This document shows, one piece after another, positions 12,493-24,556 of a stretch of DNA of 35,475 nucleotides; position 1 is the first letter of the stretch; every line of letters starts with the position of its first letter. The notes beneath the pieces were generated by a model, which did not search any database, was not told where the DNA came from, and saw nothing but the letters and a program-made list of their open reading frames with translations. The translations under genes were made by a program, and so were the position numbers. The stretch spans positions 12,330,383 through 12,365,857 of the forward strand of contig NC_068992.1 of NCBI RefSeq assembly GCF_001194135.2. Direction: 5' to 3'. This stretch comes from Octopus bimaculoides (taxonomy: Eukaryota).

Positions 12493-13350
12493 CATGTTAC
12501 ATACGCGAAGTCAAAGCACAGTCATATATATCTACGGTGCGTATATATAACATGTATGTATATATACATAGATAAGTGTATATAAACACACACACATATA
12601 CACACACGCACGCTCTTGGCCATGGCTCGCCTGTTTCTATATATGACACTACATATTCGAAAGTTATATACTATTGATTTAAGATTGTAGCCAGTGGAAA
12701 TATGGCCATAATCTGACTGGTTGCGAGACTGAGCGTAGTTCTTTCTTTCGTAGCGCAATGTAAATTTTAGAATTGTTGTAAACCAACATTGCTGTTGAGA
12801 CTCAGATATCTATGATAAAGCTCCCTCTTGTGGAGTACCTCTCCTCGTTTACATACCAAGAGCTATTTTGTGTCATATACTTTTTTATCTACAGATGAAT
12901 TTTGTACTTTATTGCTGCAATTACGGCAGGTTGCATAACACAACGTTGTGTCTGGTTTGCGAAACGTACCCCGGACTAACACATTGAACAAGAGTTGGAT
13001 ATATTTGACGAGACAGAACAATATTGACAAAGCTGTCCTAGAGTCTCCTTGCTCTAATGACTCGAGTATATTATGAACACACATTTATCTCAAAGGAGAA
13101 GTCGTTCTCCAGCGGCGAAAACCGAAGGTTGTTCCCGTATTCAGGTCTGCATCTGCCTAAGCGTATAAAAAATTAGTACGCAAGCCGTTGTGGTGTTATA
13201 CTTAAAGTAAGCGCGCACACAAACGTATTTTTAGCGAAAATACAGATTCTTTGTTTTCTCTATATTTGTGCGATATATATATATATAAATTTTCAGAATG
13301 AGATAAAAATCCAAGGCTGTGAAAGATTTTAGAACATTTATAAGTAGAAG

Positions 13351-13398
13351 GCCTGACAGCTGTTTCCGGAATATTTTATATATCCCCTCATCGGAGAC
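13351..13398 (-). ncRNA. Type I minimal hammerhead ribozyme motif, U4C core variant
   Basis: Minus strand: gtct-CCGATGA-g-gggatat-ataaa-atattcc-g-GAAA-cagctg-TC-aggc. Stems I and II pair, stem III is palindromic, GUC cleavage triplet present. Homologous to 10004-10052. Confidence 0.78.
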
Positions 13399-13505
13399 TG
13401 TTTGAGAAAATAGTTAAGCAATAGTTATTGTAGATAAGAGATGCTCGTACGCATGCATGCACACACATACACATGTACGTACGTGCGTGTGTGAATATAC
13501 TAACG

Positions 13506-13506
<1 letters not shown>

Positions 13507-13564
<58 letters not shown>
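13507..13564. repeat. (TA)n microsatellite
   Basis: Direct reading. Confidence 0.95.
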
Positions 13565-13567
<3 letters not shown>

Positions 13568-14634
13568 TTGTATCATATACACTTGCATACATGTGCGTAC
13601 ACATATGTGTACTGTTCATTTGAGTTATTTACATGATAACTTATTAGATTCTTATGGTAACACTGTGTCCACCTTACAATTGTAGCTAAAGTCTAATAAT
13701 TTTACGTCGTATACTCTGTGTTTCGTATTTAGCGATTTTTAAAATATATATATTAGATGTTGAAGTGAATTTTGATACCCGTGCAATTGTAGTTATTTAG
13801 AGATTTCGAACGTAATTTTTATTACAACATTCTATGTGAAGTGGAGATTACAATAACCCACTGGACAGGTAGCTAGGCAATCGTAATGGAAATTCCCTTT
13901 TGATAAAGTGAAAGTTCATTTTAGTTAAGTCATTTGAAGACAAAGAGAATATACAGTAAACGTCAGTAGATAGTTCGGTAGATCGAACAATAGTTATAAT
14001 CGCATATATATTTGGGTGTATAGATTATGTGTGTGTGTTTGTGTGATTAGAGAAGTATCTCTGAAAGGTCGCTCTGCAGTACAAGCTGACTTTTACCATT
14101 TTAATGACGTAGATTATACGCTGTTATACTGAATTTTCTTCTCGTGACCTGCTTCTGACTGCTAAGAACTTAGTTATCAATATTTTCGTCTGTACGGCAT
14201 TAAATACACACAGCCAACGAGATATACATACACTGCCCCCCCCCACAAAAACCCCAGCAACTTCTGTCTCAGTACATACATACATGCAAACATAGATAAG
14301 CATATATATATATATTTATCAATCGATGTATTTACTTCTAGTTTCCTACACAAACGCACACACGCATCCATCTACATACACAAACATACACATGTACATA
14401 TGTGTTTGTGTACGTGTGTATCTGTTCGCGCGTGTGTGTATGTGTGCGCATGTGTGTTTCTATGTATGTATATACGTATGTAAATATATATGTATGCATG
14501 TATGTGTGTATGTATACAGTTACATGTGTGCGCGCCTACAAATAGATATGTGATTGTGAATTAGGTAGGAAGGTAATATAAGATTGACTGTTCACGACAG
14601 TTAGTTGTTTTTGCATATACATAACGGTTCTTAC

Positions 14635-14635
<1 letters not shown>

Positions 14636-14690
<55 letters not shown>

Positions 14691-14752
14691 TTAGATAGAT
14701 AGATAGACAGACAGACATACATACAGATAGATAGATAGATAGATAGATAGAT
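14636..14752. repeat. (GATA)n tetranucleotide microsatellite with GACA/CATA variants
   Basis: Direct reading. Confidence 0.95.
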
Positions 14753-15050
14753 GAGGCAGACATTAAATATTTCACCCCTATCAGCAATTCTTCGTTCAAT
14801 ATGTTTTTGTGGTCACTTATGAAAAATATAGGTAGAATAGTACTCAACATTTTGTAAACGCCTATAGTAAAGATTCACAATCGTTTTATCATAATAGGAT
14901 CGTCAGGGGAAAGCCGAATATATGTGAATATACGAGTTTCCTGATTTTTTAACATACGTAGCATTAGATGTAGCTTATCATACCCAGCACCCATCTCTCA
15001 GCCTTCTTTCTTACTTTGTATTTCAGTCGTAATTTACAACAGAAAGAAAC

Positions 15051-15135
<85 letters not shown>
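15051..15135. repeat. (AAT)n microsatellite
   Basis: Direct reading. Confidence 0.97.
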
Positions 15136-15138
<3 letters not shown>

Positions 15139-16120
15139 CAGGCAACGAAAACTAGAAAAAATATTTCAACTACCTATGTAGTTCAGACCAGTAAATTGCC
15201 GATATGATCCAGAAAATGGATGTGTGTGTGATAGTGAATCGTAAATGTGCAGTTTAGCATAGGAAGTGATGTTTGTATACGCACTATGCTTGTTGTTTAT
15301 AAATTAGTGTACAGACGTGAAATTTATTGTCAAAGATTTGTGTCTGTGCAGAGAGCTAAAGAGAGAGAGAGGGAGAGAGAGATGTATATGGGTGTATGTA
15401 AATGTTGTATGTCCTATCTGTACGTGTGTTAGGGAAGTGACTATGTGTTGTTGTGATTGTATGATCTCTCAGTGTGTAGGATGGAGAATATATACATGTA
15501 CAAAACATGTGTGAAAGATGGCAGAGAGTGTGATTATACGTATATGTGTATTTAGGGAGGAAGATTATGTGAAAGCCCGATCTGTGAGAAAGCCCAATGT
15601 GTGAGAAAGCGCAGTGGAAGCATTCGTGCTATTAAATGCACCTTTCTGTTATGACAAATGAATGTGTGGCTATGCGTGTGCGGGCAATTGTGTACGAGCT
15701 CATGCTTGCTCGTACAGGTTGGGAATGTGTATGTCTTTGTCTAGTGTATAGCGTGTGCAGTTTGGAATATTCAGTCGAGATGGAAAATACTGTATATAAC
15801 ATTGAGAATATTTATATCAATAGATGGCTAAAGCAGAAATCATTGCGTGCATATGTGTGTGATCTTTTTACTGGGCATGTGGTATGTGTGTCTGGTGAAG
15901 GTGTGAGTGTCTGAGTGCGTGTATATATANNNNNNNNNNNNNNNNNNNNNNNNNNNNNNNNNNNNNNNNNNNNNNNNNNNNNNNNNNNNNNNNNNNNNNN
16001 NNNNNNNNNNNNNNNNNNNNNNNNNNNNNNNNNNNNNNNNNNNNNNNNNNNNNNNNNNNNNNNNNNNNNNNNNNNNNNNNNNNNNNNNNNNNNNNNNNNN
16101 NNNATATATATATATATATA

Positions 16121-16245
16121 CCAAATCCACTCACAATGCTTTGGTCGGCTGGTGACTTTAGTAGAAGACCTTTGCCTAGGCAGTGAAGCTAAACTCAGGA
16201 CCATGTGACTGGGAAGCAAGCTTCTTAGTACACAGGCATTATGCC
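16121..16245 (-). mobile_element. tRNA-SINE family Y, 5' half (tRNA-like head)
   Basis: Reverse complement reads ggcataatgcctgtgtactaagaagcttgcttcccagtcacatggtcctgagtttagc...gaccaaagcattgtgagtggatttgg, then (TA)n and a gap. Parallels 31982-32130. Confidence 0.7.
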
Positions 16246-18087
16246 ATAGTGGCTCTGGATGTGCATAAATTGCGTCGATCACTGTGAAGATATGTACGTA
16301 AATGTAATGTTCACGATTGTACGATCGTGTGCTGGTTCGCCTTTGTCGTACGATTCGGGGGCTACACGAATATATGCAAATGATGTAAGAGTGTGCGCAC
16401 GTCAAAGGTGAGGTGTGTTTATAGAGCGTATACCTGTGTGTTTGTGATGTATGATGTGTGTGCATGTACACACGTATAGATTCATGTTGGTGCATATATG
16501 GTGAGAATATGTTTAAACTGGCAACATGTATGCACACGTAGCGTGTGTGTTCGCTTGAGTGCTTGAGTCTGCAGTTTGCGCATCTGCGCGTGTATATGCG
16601 TGGTTTCCGTAGTTTTGCATACATGGACAGCGTTTNNNNNNNNNNNNNNNNNNNNNNNNNNNNNNNNNNNNNNNNNNNNNNNNNNNNNNNNNNNNNNNNN
16701 NNNNNNNNNNNNNNNNNNNNNNNNNNNNNNNNNNNNNNNNNNNNNNNNNNNNNNNNNNNNNNNNNNNNNNNNNNNNNNNNNNNNNNNNNNNNNNNNNNNN
16801 NNNNNNNNNNNNNNNNNNNNNNNNNNNNNNNNNNNNNNNNNNNNNNNNNNNNNNNNNNNNNNNNNNNNNNNNNNNNNNNNNNNNNNNNNNNNNNNNNNNN
16901 NNNNNNNNNNNNNNNNNNNNNNNNNNNNNNNNNNNNNNNNNNNNNNNNNNNNNNNNNNNNNNNNNNNNNNNNNNNNNNNNNNNNNNNNNNNNNNNNNNNN
17001 NNNNNNNNNNNNNNNNNNNNNNNNNNNNNNNNNNNNNNNNNNNNNNNNNNNNNNNNNNNNNNNNNNNNNNNNNNNNNNNNNNNNNNNNNNNNNNNNNNNN
17101 NNNNNNNNNNNNNNNNNNNNNNNNNNNNNNNNNNNNNNNNNNNNNNNNNNNNNNNNNNNNNNNNNNNNNNNNNNNNNNNNNNNNNNNNNNNNNNNNNNNN
17201 NNNNNNNNNNNNNNNNNNNNNNNNNNNNNNNNNNNNNNNNNNNNNNNNNNNNNNNNNNNNNNNNNNNNNNNNNNNNNNNNNNNNNNNNNNNNNNNNNNNN
17301 NNNNNNNNNNNNNNNNNNNNNNNNNNNNNNNNNNNNNNNNNNNNNNNNNNNNNNNNNNNNNNNNNNNNNNNNNNNNNNNNNNNNNNNNNNNNNNNNNNNN
17401 NNNNNNNNNNNNNNNNNTATATACATGTGTGTGTGTGTGTGTGTGCGTGTGTGTGTGTGTATAAATAGACAGACAGATAGATATATATACACACACGAAC
17501 GCGCACGAACACACACACGCACACACATATACATATATTGTATATGTTTGCTACACACAAAGATGTAAATGGTACATCATTTTATTCATACTTGTGCATA
17601 TTTGCATATAAGTATGCCTGTCTCTATGAAATTGTATATGAGTGTAATGGAAGCGTGTGTTGGAGTATTCCGTAAGCAAAGGTGAAATATGTGTATATCC
17701 ATCGATACGATGGAATTTTTTTATATGTAACTGATATCAGAGGCTCTACAACAGTACACGCATATGCATATATCAAGGGAAAGGACGCATCTATATATGT
17801 GTGTGTGTGCGTGTGCATACACGCTCAGGAGCACATACATATTTCTATGCATCAGTTCAATGCGTATTTGCTTCACAGTTATGTTTGGATATATACACAC
17901 ACACAACACCGACACACGCACACACACATAGAAATGATTGGTGTAAGTTTATGTGCGTTTACATATGCATAATTGCGTGTGTACGTGCCTGTATATGTGT
18001 GCTCGAACTATACTAAACGTTCATGATATTTTATTAGTTTGTTTGTAGTATGGTGGTTTTATGATGGTGTATTATGAAGATGTTGAT

Positions 18088-18155
18088 GGTGGTGGTGGTG
18101 GTGCTGGGGGCAGAGGTGGTGGCGGCGGCAGCGGCGGTGGCGGGTTGGGGTGGGG
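18088..18155 (+). repeat. (GGT/GGC)n G-rich tract
   Basis: Direct reading; the most GC-rich stretch in the window. Confidence 0.9.
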
Positions 18156-18569
18156 CTTGATATTTGCGACGGCTATGACGACGACGGAGATGACAAGTTG
18201 CGTGCCTTAATCCATTTCAGCAGGCAACCGGTGGAGATGAACTTGAACGCTCTGATCTGTCTTTTGGATGATTAATCTATAACCTAATGACATATGAATG
18301 TGTGGCCGTGCGTGTGAATTTTTGTGGGGAAAGTGGTCAAGGGTTATATGATGAAAAGTGCAAAGTAATTTCTTCAGTGCGCCCAGAAGAAGCAGGAGAA
18401 TGAGTAGGAGAGTTGTCGGTGCTAGAAATTGATGGAGTTAAAAATTAAAGTAGAATTGTGTACTCATTGTGAGAACGATACCACTTTTCTGGGTAGAAAA
18501 AATACACAGAGTATACACAACACGCATAGACACACACGTACATATATTAATATGTACGTGTGTGTATGT

Positions 18570-18685
18570 ATATATGTATGTGTGCACATATGCATGGATG
18601 TATGCATGCATGCATGCATGTATGTATGCATGTATATATGCATGCATATGTGTATGTATGCATGCATACCCGTATGTATGTATGT
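18570..18685. repeat. (ATGC)n/(ATGT)n tetranucleotide tract
   Basis: Direct reading. Confidence 0.85.
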
Positions 18686-19280
18686 AACGACAAAAGTAGA
18701 CAGAGCGAACGGGTGAAGGAAAAGTAATAGAAAAGCATCAATTATCCAAACGAGAAATATCCATGATCTAAATATCAGAAGTATTAGTATGTCCCTCACA
18801 CGTTTTAGCAGTTATACGTTTCGGATATTGGGCTTCATCGGGATATTAATATAGTTTGTATAGAAGGGGAAAAAGACGAGGAAAAGACTACGAAAATTTA
18901 AGGAATAATTGAGGCGAATTCGAAGCACGTTAATATCTTCTTCATAATATATTCAATGGTTCTTTTCTCCTGCTTTGCTACTGTGTTGTAAACAATGAAT
19001 GTCAATTACTTATATTTATTTTTCAATAACAGATGGCAAACATAATCATTTTAGATAACATATATTTGACGTCAATACTTTCAAAGTAGTTTTATTTATG
19101 TAATGAATAATTTTTTATCGATGTTATAGAATATAGTTTTATTTTTTCCCCAGAAACATTTCTTTCGTTGTGATCTTGAAGATATAAACATATTTGTTTT
19201 GTGTTTCAAGTAATTTTTTTCAAAACAAACTTTACGAAATATCTCAGATGTTTGATATACTTTGCTAACATATGTCACAG

Positions 19281-19348
19281 GCAGCGAGATCAATCTGGAG
19301 TCATGAACTGGTACGCATTGAGATACCACGCAAAAGCACTGAATGGAC
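19281..19348 (+). other. Candidate isolated 68-nt exon
   Basis: Preceded by ...tgctaacatatgtcacag (branch-like CTAAC plus CAG), followed by GTAAGT. Two of three frames are open. No homology recognised. Confidence 0.25.
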
Positions 19349-19976
19349 GTAAGTAAGATGTTTATGGATGGTAAAATCAATAAACCATCCAAGAAAATAT
19401 CTTTTAATATATATTTATGGGCCTTGCTGTCGTGGGCTTAATATATTTATAACATAAATTATGTAGTTGGTGACATTCCATTTTTCTATATTTTCAAAGC
19501 AGCCCAACATTTCGAAGCGTCTACCAATTTATTGTACCAGTATATAGTTGTTTATCCTTAAATAAGCTCCTTTCTCAAAATGCGGCCAAGTGTAATGGTT
19601 AATAGCATGCTCAAATGGCTTAATATACCCAGAAACACTTCTTGGACGGTGGTGGAATTCTTCATTGCTGAGAATAAACCATGTTGCTGGGCTGTTTCAA
19701 CACATTTTGCATTTATTAGGCTAACATTATTAGATTGATCGAATTGCTGGTGGAGGGTAAATATCAGCTGACGAAATGGCGTATTTACACAGTAATGTGG
19801 AATTACGTAATTTTATTTTTAATACTATTTTCAATTGGTTTATATATGCACAAATTCACATGGTGCAATTTCTTATTGCAATTATGCTGACCCATTCACC
19901 TTTTTCTAGTGTAACAAGATAACTCTTCTATCTAGATAATCAATGAAATAGAATCTAATTCAATTTAAGTCCTGTT

Positions 19977-20034
19977 CCGTCCTTTTCTACACATCGATCG
20001 ATCGTGGGATCGATCGATGTGTAGAAAAGGACGG
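19977..20034. repeat. Perfect inverted repeat: 27-bp arms, 4-nt spacer
   Basis: ccgtccttttctacacatcgatcgatc-gtgg-gatcgatcgatgtgtagaaaaggacgg; arms are exact reverse complements. Confidence 0.97.
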
Positions 20035-20431
20035 GTTCCATTAAATAGCAATTATCTATTACAAAATTTTCATAGACCTGCACTCAGAAATTCTCAAGAA
20101 GCATTATATGCAGTCACCCACAAATATTTTCTTGAAAAAATAGCTGATTTAGTGGAAAGAGACAGAGAACTTAGAAAAAAAAAACTGTCACCACTAGAAC
20201 AAATATCGATTCCGAAATTTCGAGTATTTCAAGTTAACATTATTTTAACTCGGAAAACAATGAACCGAAACAAATAGTACAACATATTCCATCCGGCATT
20301 TCAAAATATATACTATACAAAATCGCGTCATGCAAAATAACAGATAGTGTGCATATGTATGCAGACGTAACGACGGCGTGGTAAATTATAAATATCAGTC
20401 AGTATATATGTAATTTTCACGTTATAAATAT

Positions 20432-20505
20432 TGCCTTTTGCGATAGACACAAAGCCTGAAATGTTTTAGAGAGTGGGATAGTCGATTATATCGACCTCGA
20501 AAGGA
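20432..20505 (-). mobile_element. tRNA-SINE family X, 3' fragment
   Basis: gacacaaagcctgaaatg...tagtcgattatatcgacc resembles 30661-30710 and 31265-31330. Confidence 0.6.
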
Positions 20506-21103
20506 ATTAATGACATTGATACAAGCATTAAGAAATACATGATGAATTCAATCAGCTACATCGTTAAAAATATTTTTTTAAGAAACAATATAAAGTATTG
20601 GTGCATTGCACTGCGGTCTGAAAAGTGAATGTGTTTTCCTTACCTTTACCCGTGAAAAGGAAAGAATAGGAGTGGCTGAATGCATGTGGTGCTTTACAGG
20701 GGTTTTTTGGAATGTGAATGAGATAAGAGAAAATTAAGGAGGTCGATTGATTGAGGAAATATATTTATAGCACGCAAGGATAGATGTACTAGCGTTGTGT
20801 TCGTTTTTAAATCTAGGCATGAAAATCTGAAAAGAAATAATTCTATGAAAACATATTTTAAAATAAAAGTGTATTTAGTGTTTGCAGCAAAGCTGCTGAA
20901 GTTATATTTTGAGATGTTGATATATGAATAATGGAGGAAGATAGCGTTTTCTTTTTATAATTATTATTATTACATTTTTTTAAAGAAATAACCTAAAAGA
21001 AATTAGGAAAAGAGTGGAGATGGTGATGCATTTACTGCTTGGGGTGGTAAGGAGTGGAATAATGTATAATATTTGCGCATGTAGTGCGTGAGTGTGTGGA
21101 ACG

Positions 21104-21105
<2 letters not shown>

Positions 21106-21150
<45 letters not shown>

Positions 21151-21594
21151 NNNNNNNNNNNNNNNNNNNNNNNNNNNNNNNNNNNNNNNNNNNNNNNNNN
21201 NNNNNNNNNNNNNNNNNNNNNNNNNNNNNNNNNNNNNNNNNNNNNNNNNNNNNNNNNNNNNNNNNNNNNNNNNNNNNNNNNNNNNNNNNNNNNNNNNNNN
21301 NNNNNNNNNNNNNNNNNNNNNNNNNNNNNNNNNNNNNNNNNNNNNNNNNNNNNNNNNNNNNNNNNNNNNNNNNNNNNNNNNNNNNNNNNNNNNNNNNNNN
21401 NNNNNNNNNNNNNNNNNNNNNNNNNNNNNNNNNNNNNNNNNNNNNNNNNNNNNNNNNNNNNNNNNNNNNNNNNNNNNNNNNNNNNNNNNNNNNNNNNNTG
21501 TATGTATGTATATAATACTCCTTAATGCCCTAAGCCGTATTCTTTGAGTATTCTTTCGGAATGCTTGTGTATTCCTATGTGTGAGTATGACTAT

Positions 21595-21657
<63 letters not shown>

Positions 21658-21662
21658 ATGTG

Positions 21663-21693
<31 letters not shown>
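21106..21693. repeat. (TA)n, gap 21151-21498, then (TA)n(TG)n
   Basis: Direct reading. Confidence 0.9.
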
Positions 21694-23152
21694 AATTATA
21701 TATACATATAACATATATTTATTTTAACATCTCCCTTTCCACTCCATAATTCTTTAAGCCATATAAAGAAATCCTTCCCTGTGCCTTGTATTCATCGTTA
21801 TTTCTTTCCCTCTAAAGAGTTTTATACAAATGGCAATATCTTAAAATATAACTTCGTTAATGTTACTATTTTGTTTTTCAATAAATCATCTCCCAGTTAC
21901 GCCTCTCATCTTTTTAATCACCAGTTCCAATAACTTCAACACACTGTCTTTCATAAATGATGGCAAAATATATGGACATACATTTACAATTTGTATAAAA
22001 ATACACGAACGGGCGCACAGGCAAACACACAAACGCACACACATACACACACCTACATGCGTATGCATATCAAAATGTTTTCCCTCCTTACATTAAATAT
22101 GAAAAATTAAACAATTGATTCCTTGAAAGATAAAACGCTTTTCTGGGGTATACCGAATATATGGTACGATACAGAATATTAGCGATTATACATACACCGA
22201 AATATGTGGTTCTAACGACTACGGATACCTTTTCCTCTGTCCCCATCACAACATCTCTCTTTCTCATCTTGTCTATCTCCTCTCACTCCCTATCCATCTG
22301 TCTCTCTCTCCCTCGCACTTTCTCTCCCTCCCCATATTTCTCTCTCACTCACTCTACCTTAAAAGCGCAGTATAATGAAACAAATTGCAATGGAATTTTC
22401 CCTACCAGATCGATCAGGATATTGCAAATAACTCGTTCTAAGGAATCTCAAAGACGCCCTCATACAGAAAGTTATGACATGTAAAAAACAATAGCTGCAA
22501 TGAAGCTTTCAACAGTTTTACCAAATCTAATTTGAACTAATTGATGATGTTCAACATAACTTGCACAGAAATATTCTACTTGATTTGAAAATATGGTTCA
22601 TTTTAACGATAGAGACGTTGCTGAAGTATCCGAAGGGATCGAGGGAGTGGGACATAGTTTGTATGCCACAAGCCCACATAATTATATCTTCGAGAAATAC
22701 CTAATTTGTAATTGGCCTGGAAACAGGTACAATATGTGCAGATAGGCCAACTGTCCCGTCGCCATTACGAATATTTAATAGCGTTCATGCTTACGTTCAT
22801 CAGAATATTCAAAGGAATGACAAAGATTTATGATAAACAGAATATAACTGTCGATATGAATACCACAGCAACATCGGATTTTGGGAATTTGAGACTAAAG
22901 TGATTAATCCTGACGAAATGGTATAGTTACGTAATATTCTGTAATGATTTATTCATTATTAAACACAAATAACCACGCCCCTGATGAAATATGTATAATG
23001 ATGCGTGTATGAGTATATATATATATATATATATATATATACCGTGAAGTATATTTTCCACTTAAATATGGCTAACCCTTAACGGTGGATTCTACTGTAG
23101 CTTGCAGCCCCAGGAGAACATCTCCTCCAGCTAACTATTGACGCACTTTCTG

Positions 23153-23188
<36 letters not shown>

Positions 23189-24429
23189 TATATATCATAT
23201 GTGCAGGTGTAAATAGTTATAGGCAGATAGGTAAATTGGTAAATATATATATGCATAATTAACTGGAGAGATTTTTTAATGAATTGCAATTTCAATTTTG
23301 CAAATAATAAAATATCTTAGCATTCAGATGTTTGTAGAATGCAGTTTAAATTCCTTCCTATTTATTTATCTTTTATTTATTTATTAATATTGTCCATATG
23401 ATTAGATGTAAATTGTTTAGGAATAAAAGTTATCCACTCAAGATTCCTTGATCCATAACTACTTTGGAATTTAAAGAGGCAAAAATTCAATAGTTATAAA
23501 CGAAATAAACGAAAAATATAGACAGTATAAAATGAAACAAAATGGTTTGAAAATCAAATGAATGAGAAAAAGAAATGATTCCGATGAACTATAATAAATA
23601 ATTAAAATGAAAAATATAACAAACGCATCAGAAATTGATGAGATGAATATTTTTTTCGTTGATTGAGTAATCTTTCTGTGTTCCCGTTCTATCATAGTTT
23701 TATCTGCTACAAATGGCATTGTATTGGATTTCCTCTTCTGGTGAACTTAATAAATCGAAAATATTCGTTTAATACTGCATGTGTAATATATTCTTCGTCT
23801 ATAAGTGAAGGCTATGAATGTAAATGGAGCGTGTCAAAGAGTCCCACTTCAAATATGCAAACTTTTCAAGTTGTTTCTGAAATCCATTTGACACAAGATT
23901 TTAGAAAGAAAAAAACATAAGAAGAAATATCAAATAGAAATAATATCGATATTTATTGGCTTAAATGAGAAAAAAAATATTGGTATCTGAAAGAAACTTT
24001 AAATATCAGACATTAAAATTAGGTCATTGAACCATGACAGACAAGCAACTTGATTTTCTTGAAATACATCGTTATACTTGACATAGTTTCATCACCACTG
24101 CCATAACAACAATGAATTATTACTACAACCAATATTTCTTCAGATACTAATATTATTCATAGAGGTATAAACAAATACACATATATGTTATATGCATATA
24201 CATACATGCTCGCACACTCTCATACACACACATATGAAATTTTACAGGAATAGTGATAAACTAGCAAGTCGAAACTTCGAAGTCACTGTCCCTACTTTTG
24301 TAATTAATATATAATAGATGTTATACAAAAAACTTCAGATTAATGTACAGCTGTTTTCGAGATAAAAAAAAAACACTCTCTCTCTCTCATACACACACAC
24401 ATACATGGATATATTATAGATATGTGTGT

Positions 24430-24479
24430 ATGTATATATACATGTGTGTATGTATGTGTGTGTGTGTGAGTGAGTGAAT

Positions 24480-24552
<73 letters not shown>
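24430..24552. repeat. (TG)n microsatellite
   Basis: Direct reading. Confidence 0.95.

Positions 24553-24556
<4 letters not shown>

Noticed and set aside
12863-13084. Minus ORF with YATCRNCSNKV, like an RPA70 OB-fold zinc ribbon
   Set aside because: Only one CxxC, no second pair, no convincing splice sites; likely chance.
18800-18848. Minus CCGATGA-12 nt-GAAAC
   Set aside because: Core spacing is hammerhead-like, but none of stems I, II or III can be formed.
20017-20277. 86-aa plus ORF with an acceptor-like ttttcatag
   Set aside because: No recognisable domain and no good donor.
23065-23150. GC-richer island between TA tracts with gcagcccc, a small hairpin and CTAA, recalling an HDV/CPEB3-like ribozyme
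   Set aside because: P3/L3 and P1.1 cannot be built. Probably a fragment of an interspersed repeat, single copy in this window.
24345-24360. Another ACAGCTGT next to tttc
   Set aside because: No catalytic core or stems nearby.
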